DNA of 64,000 nt from Dimorphilus gyrociliatus. Taxonomy: Eukaryota; Animalia; Annelida. Positions 27,659-39,601 of the stretch are shown in pieces (the first letter of the stretch is position 1; each line of letters starts with the position of its first letter). Where the stretch lies: assembly GCA_904063045.1 (NCBI GenBank), contig CAJFCJ010000003.1:3168595-3232594 (forward strand), in the 5' to 3' direction. The notes beneath the pieces are model-generated. The model searched no databases. It saw only the letters and a list, made by a program, of their open reading frames with translations, and was not told the DNA's origin. The position numbers were made by a program, and so were the translations under genes.

Positions 27659-30600
27659 CACAAGTATTCTATTTAATTTGTTAAAGCGAAAGTCAAGTGT
27701 ATGAAAGAGAAGAATGGAGTGAAAAAACAGGCTATAGAGATTCTTACCAATTGATTCTGATAAGCTGTCACTGCAATAAATTCTGTCTCTTGAAAAATAA
27801 ATGTCCTGTACTCTTCGCCCTCGAGGTTCTTTATCGCCTTCGTTTCTCCCTCTTTCCGCCTCACTAGATGGATTCTTGGCTGATATTTATGCATAGAATT
27901 CAGCATAATCTGTTTTAAAAAGAAATACAAGATATGTAAACAACCAATTCAGATAAAATTACTTGATTGCTTAAAGTGATTAACACTTACATGTCCATTT
28001 CTGTCCAACATGTTGTTGGTTAATTTAACTTTTTCAAATGAAATTGATTGTTTTGATAGCTGCTCTCCAGTCATAATATTGCAGTCTGGATGAGGATAAA
28101 ACCGATTGGGTAAGGCGGGATCCGCTTTTCCGGCAACTAGCCAGCACGATCTATGATAAGCGTATCTGTAACGCTTTGCGTCCACTGCGACGATATCGAG
28201 GAGGACGGAATACTTTTCGTTATTTAATAATCCCTTCCCTCCAAAGGAAACGCGTAACGTTGGAAACATCCGCCTGTTGAGGAAGAATGCGTATAGAGAA
28301 TTATCTTTGTCAATGTATGACGAAAACTGCGTTGTACAGTTGTTGAACTTTGACACATGATGAATATGTAATGTAGCTTGTTTATCCTATCTTGAGTGCG
28401 TATCACTAACGAGCTGATAGCAATTGTCCCCTCTACCCATTTCTTATCTCTTTTTCTACCTCCTTCACTCTACTCTTCGCCACACCCGATTCCGCGCTCT
28501 TTTACCCTCATATAATAGTTACGCTATAACACCATAAAAGATTTGCGTAAGAAATTGACGTCACGCGGCGTCGATCGTCGGATTGCGCATCATTAAATAA
28601 ATCACAAAGAGCACTTAACTTAAAAACAACAATTGACTTTTTCTTTTTTTTTCTCTCGTTTTTTTTCTTCCAAAGAAAAATCGAACACGCCTACCGCCTA
28701 CTGCCTAGTTTACTCGACAAATTTCTTTGCTATATCAACCTAATCAAGACCCAATTTTTGGATAAATCGACTTCTAAAACGGATCAAAACCTTAGCACAT
28801 TGACGCTGCTGACAATTATATCTAAGACTCTATTGTTAAGCAGGTGAAAAATGTCCCGACTTTATAGCGCGATTCAACTCTATATTGACTTCTAATGTGT
28901 AAATACAAGTTCACAAATCTATTGTGGAACAGACGTTGTTGACATGTTTTGTTGACGTGTATTTTATACCAATACACCTCAGGTTTAAATAGATCTCCAG
29001 CTTTTTTTTAAATTTATACAATACGCTTTGTAGTAGTTAAAGATATGAATTTCTACACATTTTTTTAATTAACTATTAAGTAAGTTTCTATTTCAATTTT
29101 AAACATTCAAGGTATAAAAAAAACCATTTTTATATATCAGAAAACCACTAAATTTTATCTAAAGAATCTATTGTAAGATGCTAATTCGATAACATTCAAG
29201 CGGTTTTCTCTTTTCTCTCTTTTTCCCCCTCCCTCCTCTCTCAAACTTCTTTATTCTTTTACTATCTCTTGTCGTTATTTCTCTTTTTATTTGATAAAAC
29301 TGATGAATACTTTTCATGTTTAAATCAATTAACATTTTGTTCGAACGGAAAAGAGGTAAAAAAAGGGAGGCCGAATGAGTGAAAGGAGAAAGATTTTATG
29401 AAAAAAAAATCTTAATCTATTCAGTGAAAATTTATTGAAAAGTGTTTTTATTGATATTTTTTACTTCATCTCTCATTAAATTGCACTATAAAAAATATAC
29501 CATGAATTATTCTCGAATAAATTCTTCAACATTTATTTTACCTATAAAACAAGCTGCTACCCTTTCTCTATTTAACTCCCGCTAACAGCCGTCGTGCAAC
29601 ATGTGACCTCATACTATAATATAGGTAGGAAAAATTGTTTACCTTCCCGACTTTGTTATAATCATTTCCGTTCCGAGTTCATGGAATTTTTCCCATAATT
29701 CTATTGTCTCCAATTTGCATTTGATTCCAACCATCTTTTCGCTACCAGAACTAATACAAGAGTTTTTCTCGGTTTCATCATTTTCACCTGTATTTTCGAC
29801 TAGTTTTTCTGAAAAAATATTATTATATAAGAGAAAAGAAAGGCAAACTGATTAATCAATAATACTTTATATAATTTCAAGATCAAAACTAAAACTTAAC
29901 AGTAATCGGTGATATAATCTTCTACAAATAATTAATCTAGCCGATATTTTTAATCCTTGTACAAATTCTATTACACTAATAGACAGGTAAGATATCGCTT
30001 TTAAATTCTTTTTTCTTCTTAAACAATTTAATTGAATAGTAAAGGGAATAGAAGCCCAAAATAAAAAAAAGGCGAGGAAAGGCGGGGAAAGAAGGAAGTT
30101 AGACGGGGGGTGAGATTGAATGTAGAAATAAATGTTTCTACACACTTCTGTCTGATATTTTTATAATTATTCTTTGCTTGGTGAGAAAGGAAATTCTTAA
30201 TTCAAGAAGGTTAAAAACGATCATTTATCAGCGCCGCGTTCAATTCACGCTCACGGCTCTCGACAGATTCAGATGTTTATCAGTATCGAACAAATGGAGT
30301 TAGTTTTCTCGACAATAACAGCCGTGCCACTTTCGCAACTGATCCTATATAGTTTAGCCTTTTGACACATCAGACCTGGAGGCATTTTAGGTTTTTCCTA
30401 TTCAAAAAAGGCGTTCAATCAACGGCTATACTCGACGCTTTTTAACTCGATTAAAGCTATAGCACCACATGTTCCGTCAATTTTCTTGAGGGCTAATATG
30501 CCCAATACAAATAATGCGTGCAATACATACAATAAAACAAATAAACAGTATTTTTAAATACTTAAAAGCTGTTGTTATAATTATTATTGGCGCAAAATTT

Positions 30601-31917
30601 TTTTGAATAATACCTAAGGACTAAAGTAGTTTCTAAATGAGTATTATAAGAAAAAGCTATATACAAGTCTTTTATAAAATATTGGCTCTAATAGATATTT
30701 CTTTGACAGCTTGATTTTTCAGCTACCTTTTATTCTCTCTAAATTGTGAACACTTATTAACGGTATCCCTTTAACAATATTTCTTTACTAATCCTAAATG
30801 ATTTAGTGACTTATCTACCTTGTCTTTTCTGATCTTAAAAAGATTTAACTATATATATATATATATATATAAATGCCGTATCTATATCCTTAAATTAAAC
30901 CAACTTAGTTGCTGATAAATCGGAAAAAGTTGTTTAATATAGTATATTTATCAACTTGAATTGCTTTCTAGGCTTTAGAAAATGTAAACAAGTTTCCATT
31001 TTCAAAATAGATATTTTTATATATTATATATACAAGATATACAGTGTATTATCAGTTGTAAACTAAATTTTTATTTTGTTTTAATACTATGTTTGTTTGT
31101 TTTTTTAAACAAAAAAAATAATTGATAAAGAAAGAATAACAATGACTTTTTATGTTTATACGAGATTCAGATATTTAAAGTAGCTTGGACTATAATTAAG
31201 AATGTTAAAGGAACCCTTTAACTAACAATTAACTCATCTATAAGATTTTGGGCCTTTAATTAGTGCTTGTTATCAAACCAATGCAATATACCCATTACAC
31301 GTTGATGTTTTCGAGTAAATAGTTTACGAAAGGTTTCCTCTTAGTAAAGGATATTTATATAAATAGAAGTCATGTAACATGCACTCTTTTTTGTCTTTAT
31401 TCCTCGAAACAGTAATAGTATTATATTTATGTAACTTGTCCTGTTAAAAATATTTACCAAGTAGCAAATTTCTTTTTAACAAACCAACCGAATTCTACGT
31501 AGTCTTTAACGACCCGATAATGTCGCAAGCTCTTCTAAGCTCCTATTGTTATCACGTTCTACTGCGGCTCTATTTATCTACACATATATATTAAATATCC
31601 AATTTAAAAAGCCTATATTAGTAAATTTATACGCACATATCTACAAAATTCTTATAATATATATACTAATATATATATATATATGTTCATTTTTAGATTT
31701 ACCCACACTTTTTTTATAGGATGAATAAAGCGAAAAAGTTTATCGCCATACAAACAATCGTTAATATAGAAAAAACTCCACAGCAAAAGTCATCTTGTCA
31801 AAACAACTCACTTAACGGTTCGATATTGTCAGAAAATTCGTCAGCACATCGTTTTTCCCCAATCAAAGCGGCTATCGTAAAATTATTTGATTTCTTCCCC
31901 TCAACTTCCGTCTCCAT
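26522..31917 (-). CDS. Tbx20: T-box transcription factor Tbx20 (paralogue b), 6 coding exons, 351 aa
   Basis: complement(join(31812..31917,29643..29808,27991..28273,27748..27909,27316..27460,26522..26715)) = 1056 nt, all GT-AG, frame intact. Exon 1 [20 protein letters not shown] (eh1-like); exon 2 [25 protein letters not shown] (not in the ORF track); same Tbx20 T-box signatures; ends HRYHPYLFK. Confidence 0.93.
27621..27652. repeat. (CT)n microsatellite in Tbx20b intron 4
   Basis: About 16 perfect CT units. Confidence 0.9.
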
Positions 31918-32006
31918 AACGACCCGAAGAGCGTATAAAATTAAACACAAAACAAAAGTGTCAAGTTGCGTGTGTCGACAGGATGAACCAGCAGCGCTTA
32001 GAGTTT

Positions 32007-32251
32007 ATTGGTTATGACGCAATCGCGATAGCCAATAGGAGTGCTAGTGGGCGGAGACTATTTTGGGGGAAGAATAATATCGTATTTGTTTTGCTCGAGA
32101 GGCGATAGCGTATCGAATTGATAATGCATCCACGAAATTTTTCCGGACGAGATAATTCTAAAAGCATCATTTATTACGGAGAAAGAAGGCAGGAATCGCT
32201 AAACTAGATTAGCGACCGCCCCTGCGTTGCTTTTATTTTCGTGTGACGTCA
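32007..32251 (-). promoter_or_regulatory. Putative Tbx20b proximal promoter (CCAAT boxes, GC box, CRE palindrome)
   Basis: ATTGG near 32007, CCAAT at 32032-32036, GGGCGG near 32049 and TGACGTCA at 32244-32251, upstream of the minus-strand ATG at 31917. Confidence 0.45.
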
Positions 32252-32577
32252 TTAAATATATATTTTCTCGGTCAATGTAATTATCTCTACCGTTTCTGCG
32301 AACAAATCGCAAATATTTACTAGTCTGAAACTTTTCATGAATTGTTTAAATCTGACGAAGTTTTTTTCCAACAGCGCTTCAATAAAAGTTACATTAATGT
32401 AGTTATACTGTACAAAGAAGTCTATAAATTTATATATATATATATCTTATATACTTGTGCCTATAGTGTATATATGTGAGCAATGTTTACAGGATACACT
32501 CTTATTAATACAACACCTGCAAACATACTACACACTATAAAAAATTCTGATTATAGAATAAGTTATCAGTTACTAAA

Positions 32578-34824
32578 GTGCTGCCATCTGTATTCGGCAA
32601 AAATATGATAATAAATATGGTATGTTACAATAGAAAATTACTGTAGCATTTGGTTTCACTATAAAGTTTCATAATTTCCTAAAACATAATAACAACATAA
32701 TCCTTAAGGGCATAAACTTTACATTTTATACTTAATGATTACTTTTTATAGGTAAAAAAAAAGGGAGAGAGAAGAGAATGGCTAAACAATAACCAAGTTG
32801 ATATTTTACTCTTCGCTAAGCTTTACTACGTTGTTAGTCAGCAGCTGTATTGCCATATTGCCACCATATAATTTTAAAGAATGAAGAATATCGTAACCTT
32901 CTGGTAGAATTTTCTTTATTGTATAATACACGCCATTTATAGAGTATAAAAAAGAAGAAATGTTTAAAGCAGCTATAAACAGCTAAACTTGTCCTTTATC
33001 ACCTTCTTTCAACGGAGTAGATAAAATTTTATATAAAGAGAATTTCGTCACTGACGACTCTGTTCCTTAACAGTCTGCTCTAACATTACTCAATCTTTCC
33101 AATTTATCGTGATAAAAAAACAATATGAAGCCTTTATCACGAAACATTACATACGTATTATATATTGTATTATATATAAGATATTATTAGAGGCTATGAC
33201 AAAATATATTATATTCTCTCTTATAGAGAAAATCAAAAAAATGAAACTTCTAGTTTACGAAAGCAATATTTTATGAAATGATTGTCAATCGGAATCTTTT
33301 TTTTAGGTTTCAAATTTCCCACTTACTTGACATTCCTATGTTGTTTTATACAATGTCCTTGCTTTTTTTTATCTTTTTTTTTAAAGATTTATTTGTTAAA
33401 TTTAATATTTTTCATAATAGTATTAGTTAATATATTAAGTACGTTGTTAGATTGGGAAAAAAGCGGAAGAGATACACAGCTAGACAGAGATAAAGAGAGA
33501 ACGAGAAAGAGAAAGAGAGAAAGATAGAATACAGAAAGACAGAGGGAGATAGACTGAGATATGGACAGTTTAATTACTATAATTAATAAAGAAAAAGGGG
33601 TAAAACCGAAAGGTTGTTCTCATGTTATCCATTTTACGGAGCTAAGGGAGTTTCAGGGTTAATCTTTTTGTTCTTAAAAAATTTTCCCAACAGTTTAGCG
33701 GTAAAGTGCAATAAATCACATGCTCATTATATAACATTAAATACAAGGGGACTACTTCTTCCTTTATATATGTATATATATTAGCTTTTTCATTAAACAA
33801 CCTGATTAGGTTTTTTCTTCTTCAATTTAATACACCTGTATTTATATTATGTAAGGCTTATTTAAGATTGTTATTAACTAGATGAGGATTGGCGCCAGTA
33901 TCCTAGTGAGTTTAAATTTTGTTGAAAAACTAGGCGCCACGCGTCGTGAGCCACAGCAAGGCGTCGATTGACTACACTTAGAAAAGAGCTGAGGGCAAAG
34001 GAAATTACTTTTTGAAAGTGATTGCACCGTTATGGAAGAGAATCGAGCCGATTACGTAAAGTGTAATTCAGAATTTATCGTCCCTCTCTAAGTGTATTGA
34101 CTTTCTCTCTCTGTCTCTCTCTCTCTCTCATTTATATATATATATCTTTATTTTTCGTTACAATTCATAACGCCATCTATGCTCTTCTTCATAAATTAAA
34201 TTATTGAACCTATTAAACTTGAAACATCTGTAAATAATTATTTGATTTATTTAAATATTTATATTAATTTGTATAAACTACATAAAAAAGTTATATTCAA
34301 CACTTTGCCCGAAGGGGGTAAAGAATTATTCCATAATTGTTTTTTCCCTTGAGTATTTTAAGCAAAGATGACTACTGCATAAGCAAACGAGAGAGAGAGA
34401 GAGAGAGACAAATAGAGAAAAGAGGAGTAGAATCATATGCATTTCCCTTTTGAAGAATTGTTATTATTAAAAAGAAATATTTTCATAGTTCGATACAACG
34501 CCATCTGGCTCTAACCTTAGTCGGTGAACCTTATCGAAAGACTATATATATTTATTGGGTAGATTAAAATTTTGCTAAATATATTGCTATAGCTATTCTT
34601 GTTAGGAGAATGTTAAGATTAGCTTATATTTTATTCACCCTTATTTACATTTATAGCCATTTATGGTGTTGCGTAATATAGCTAGAGGCCTCGGTCATTA
34701 CTTGTTAAGATAATTACAGTTGTCATTCACGTGTCCAAACTCAAAATGAGCAACTTTCCTCGTCGTAGCTCTTTGGCTGTGATGAGAGTTTCAGAAAATT
34801 CGGACAACTATCGCCATCTGTTGT
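32578..34824 (-). promoter_or_regulatory. Cluster of four co-oriented CTCF-like motifs between Tbx20b and the ABCG5-like gene
   Basis: Minus-strand ATACAGATGGCAGCAC (32578-32593), GCATAGATGGCGTTA (34168-34182), AGCCAGATGGCGTTG (34496-34510) and ACAACAGATGGCGATA (34809-34824). Confidence 0.55.
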
Positions 34825-35506
34825 GAATCTTTGCATCTCTGCTTTAAATGACCTTCTTTACCGTTTGACGCTTAATCGTTTGAAGCGTAAAATAAGGGTC
34901 AATTTCCCAAAATATATGATGTGGAAAGATGTCTCAATTATTCAAGTTAGGCGTAAAAAGAAAAGGGAAATAATCAAACTGACAGGGCGTATCTATATAA
35001 GTGTATAAGCCAAGCGTAGTACACTTAAAATATCCCCAAATCTCGGTTGACTGAAGCATGACATTTTCTAATTATGTAAATATCTCAATCAGGATTGTAA
35101 CTCTAGCGTTAAGTATATTTTAAAAAGGCGGAAAAGGGAGAAAAGAAGGTGTTTATATATAACCTGTTGTAAATATCAGATAACACAAGAAATTTATTAA
35201 AGACAGCCAATAAATCTCTTTTTAAAGGAATAAAATTTTTACAGAATTTGTAATGAAAATGTCAGAAATATAATGTTTTTATTACTTTTGATTAAAGTTA
35301 ATTTCTGAAAGATTTTACTTGTCTGTTTAAGATGTCTTATAGTTTCTGAAAATAAGACCTGCCTGGTACACTTGTACTTTTTCAGATCACATCAACTGAT
35401 AATTTTAATCTGATAAGATAAAAGTATAACATATAGTATGATAGAAAGCAGTTTGTGACTCAGTATTAGTAGGAAAACTTGATTAGCAGAGTAGAAGACA
35501 AAAAGA

Positions 35507-35921
35507 ATGCGTTCTCCTACAACTCCCACAACGGAATATTCTTTGAGCATTTTAGGAGTATCTTATACCATCAAGAGTCGTACTATCTTGAGAAATATTA
35601 GTTTATATTGCGGAGGTGGAAATATTTTAGCCTTGCTTGGAAATAGCGGTTCTGGTAAAACATCTTTATTAGATGTAGTTGCTTGCAGAGCAGAAGGTCG
35701 AACTGTTGGTGGAGCGTTTATTAATGGAAGATTGGTAACACCAGAACTATTTGTCAAAAGAGGAGCCTATGTCCTACAGGACGATCAATTACTCGGTAAG
35801 AAACGTAAACAAAAACAACGCTTCCCTATATTTAAGATAAGAAATATTGTTTTTTTACTATGAAAAATATTAACTTTAATTAGCTGATTAGTACTTGACT
35901 AAGTTATGCATTCGGTATACA

Positions 35922-35961
<40 letters not shown>

Positions 35962-38336
35962 CATTGGGTATCTTATAATCTCCAGGTTATTCATACAAGT
36001 ATGATTAACTAGTTAGATAACACCCTATATTTATCACTGCAAGATGCTGAATAAATAATCTATGAGTCATAGTTTAGAATTAACATCAAAATAGCGTTTC
36101 TTCCCTAATCTATAAATGATCATTTATCAGGTAAAGAATAAAGAATTGAAGGCAAATTTCTAATAATTTTATAAGCTTTTCTATATCAAATTTTTTAAAT
36201 ACAGCTCACTTGACTGTTAAGGAGACTTTAACATATACTGCAAGATTGAAATTTGCTGGCGCCACAAAAAATATTCAAGTTACCCAAAGAGTTGAACAAG
36301 TTTTAAACGAAATAGGTTTAAAACACGTTGCTGATTCAAAAGTTGGTGGTGCTTTTAAGAGAGGAATTTCTGGTGGTGAAAAGAGGAGAGTTAGCATTGG
36401 ATGTCAGCTATTATGTGATCCAGTTGTTCTATTACTAGACGAGCCTACAACTGGATTAGATAGTTTTACTGCGAACAGATTAGTAACTAATTTGTCACAG
36501 CTAGCAAAACAATACAACAAAGTTATTGTAATGACCATTCATCAGCCCAGGTCTGACATTTTTCGACTATTTGATCATATTGGAATATTGTCTTTAGGTT
36601 AAGAAAATGTAAACAGTTTGAAATGTATTTAATCGGCTTTTAAACAAACAGGTGAACTGGTCTACATGGGCCCATCGTCTCAACTAGTCTCATACTTTAC
36701 GGATTTAGGATATTCGTGTCCACATTATGCTAATCCCTTGGACCATTATGTGGATTTAGCCAGCGTAGATCGAAGGGATATTGTAAGAGAGAGTAACACT
36801 ACAGCCCGAGTTAGATCTCTACATGGAAGCTACTTAAATTCAAATATTTTTAAGGATACTTTGTCGGAAGTTCACAGAAGCGCAGCCACGGCCAGTGATC
36901 TGGAAGTAGAGAGTATATTTAGTAATCCATGGACGTATTTAGATCCTCCGGGATTTGCTGCTACATGGGCCACACTTTTTTCTAGGATGACCGTAAATTT
37001 AATACGGGATAAGCCTTCTTTGTTGATGAGAATTTTTCAATTTTCCTGTTTTAGTTTCTTTCTATGGCTTTTTATTATACGGTACAGCGCTTTAAATAAC
37101 TTGCCATAGTATAATTTTATTAATATTTTATTAAACTATATCTTTCTGCTTTTAAAGATTAAAAAAGAATCAAGAATCTATGCAAGATAGAAATGGACTC
37201 TTCCATCAATTGGTCTCAGTCCCACCGTATGTTGGTGTCCTTAATGCCGTTGCCCTCTTTCCAACATTAAGAACGACCTTTAGACGAGAATCAAAAGATG
37301 GACTATATGGATCAACTGTCTTTCTTTTTGCATATTTTGTCCATATTTTGCCCTTTCACTTAATTTCTACATTCATTTTTACTGCGGTGGTTCATTGGGG
37401 TATTGGTTTACAATCGGAAATGTTTCGTTTTGGAAGGGTGTGGGCTGTTATATTATTATTGCATTTTTCCGGTGAGGTTTTGGCAGTTGCCCTAATGGGT
37501 GTATTTAAGAATGAAGCAGTGGCCAATAGTATATCAGGTAAGAGAGATAGTAAACAAACAAACTTTCCATATTATAGAATCTTTCTTCTTTTTACATCGC
37601 GCATACAAGTAAAATACTTTATAGCTTTAATATTGTTTTGCCTTTCTACAAATTTTACTTTCCATTAACTAGTATAGAATTTTTGCACTAGTCGTTATAA
37701 TAGTAATATCGGGTAATAATCAATATTATTTTCCAAGAAAGAGCTTTTTGTTCTTAGGTTTGCTGTGTAACATAGTTTATTAAAATTTTTAATTTGAAAG
37801 AAGATATAAACTAAACAATAGATGAATAAGTCGTTTGAAGGATAAATAACAAAGGTAGCGTTATTTTATCTTTCAGACATCTTAAATTGGGCGTAGAAAT
37901 GCTTTTTCAGAAGAGATCAGAAACCGTTATGAATAATAGTATTATAGTCGATAGATGGAGTTGATTTATTTTACTGTTTATTTGTTTTGTAGGTTTAATT
38001 TTCGTGATTGGGGGCCTTATGGGTTCAGGATTCGTTAGAAGTTTAGAAGGAATGATAGACGTTTTGAAGTGGTCAGGATGGATTAATATATTTAAATATA
38101 CAAGTGAAATAATAGTAGCTAATGAACTGAACGGATTGAATTTAACATGTAGTATAAACTCAACAATGCCCTGTTTATACCCAAATGGTAACTTATATTT
38201 GAGTATTTTCTATCCAAAAGCCGTTAAGTGTATGGCAAGGAATTTTATAGTCTCATTTTCCTATATGATTTTCTTTTGTGTATTAGCATTAATAATTTTC
38301 AAAATAACAAAAATAAGAAAATCAAGAATGATATAA
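35507..38336 (+). CDS. ABCG5: ABCG-family half transporter, ABCG5 (sterolin-1)-like, 5 exons, 611 aa
   Basis: join(35507..35795,36205..36597,36652..37081,37158..37537,37993..38336) = 1836 nt, GT-AG. Walker A GNSGSGKTS, Q-loop YVLQDDQLLAHLTVKETL, signature ISGGE, Walker B LLLDEPTTGLD, H-loop TIHQPR. ABCG5-like TMD segments MQDRNGLFHQ, GVLNAVALFP, ESKDGLY, GSGFVR and EIIVANELNGLNLTC. Confidence 0.9.
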
Positions 38337-38581
38337 CTGTTATCTTTTTGTTTATTGAATATATAGCTATTGAATATTTAAGGGTGTTGACTTAATGCTA
38401 TTTTATGATGAAAAAATAAGGAAAACAAAAAAAGAAAACAGACTACGAAATAAAAGAACTACTTCTCTGTCTTTCTCTTGTAACGCATAAATCGTTTAAA
38501 AGTCGGTTAAAAGTCTATATTTAGCTTTGAAAGATGATAGTTTTTCTTCATATAAAACACGGTAAAGTATTGTTCAAAGCT

Positions 38582-39601
38582 TTATTTGAATACTTTAAGA
38601 TAAACTCTATCCTCTCCGCCCGTTCTTAATTCTTCTTCTATAATTGCTAATCTTCCACTTTTACAAACTGTATCTACGCATACTCCAATTGGGCTCACTA
38701 AACCATCTTCTCTTCCTAAAACTTTACCAATAAATGCCCCTTCTTCCGAAAACATTTTTATTTTTCTATCGGCTCGATCGCAAACCAATAAATTACCACA
38801 GTTATCTACACAAGCTGAACACGGCCATATTAGATTATCTGCACCAAATGATCCCCTATACCTTCCCATACCTTCAAATTTCATAATACAATGTAATCTT
38901 GGATCAACTACATAAATATGATCAGTTTTTGTATTCGATGTGACCTGGTAAGGATGCTTAAATGGTCCTTCTAACTTTGATAAAACTTTGCCATCCGATC
39001 GATATATTTTAACCTTAGGCTTAATGCTTGAATCTGATACAACAATATCCTCATTTTTGGTAACACATACACCTGTTACTGAAGTTAAACCGTCCAGAAA
39101 TAAGCATTCGTTCATTAACATACTGATGTAATGAATTTCAAAGTTAGAAATAGGCTCTCTTTAAGTATGTATACAAAAGTCTAAAATTTGCTATACGACG
39201 CTTTATTTTCCTCTCTTTTACATAGTTTAAAGTAAGACTTTTTCTCTTATTTACAACTGAAATAAATTTTTAAATAAAATACTAGGCCTATTTGAAACTT
39301 GAACAGACTGTAAATTTCCCTCTTCATCTTGTTGACAAACGTGTATCCTAGATAAATCAGCAATATATAACTTATTATTATTCCAACAGACTGCAGTAGG
39401 TGACAGTAATGCACAACCAGCCCATTTATCTACAATTGCTCTTGTTTGACCAAAATCATCAAATAACTGAACACGTTTATTCCTTTTTTCAGCAACAGCA
39501 AGTTTTAAATTTGACGTAAAGCAAACAGAGGAAGGAGATTTCAGTTGGCCTTTATGCTTCCCTCTAATTTCAATCCTCCAATCTTCTCTCCAATCTTTCA
39601 T
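38582..39601 (-). CDS. NHL-repeat (six-bladed beta-propeller) protein, 2 exons, about 290-310 aa
   Basis: ORFs 39251..39601 and 38582..39121 together give six NHL-type repeats (e.g. LKSPSSVCF...VAEKRNKRVQLF; FKHPYQV...IYVVD; LIWPCSACVDNCGNLLVCDRADRKIKMF; LVSPIGVCVD). The intron lies between about 39120 and 39300; several GT/AG pairs fit, so exact boundaries are uncertain. Confidence 0.82.

Noticed and set aside
38337-38581. Overlapping antisense 3' UTRs of the ABCG5-like and NHL genes
   Set aside because: AATAAA signals allow overlap (38351 on minus, 38449 on plus), but the NHL gene also has AATAAA over its stop codon, so overlap is not required.
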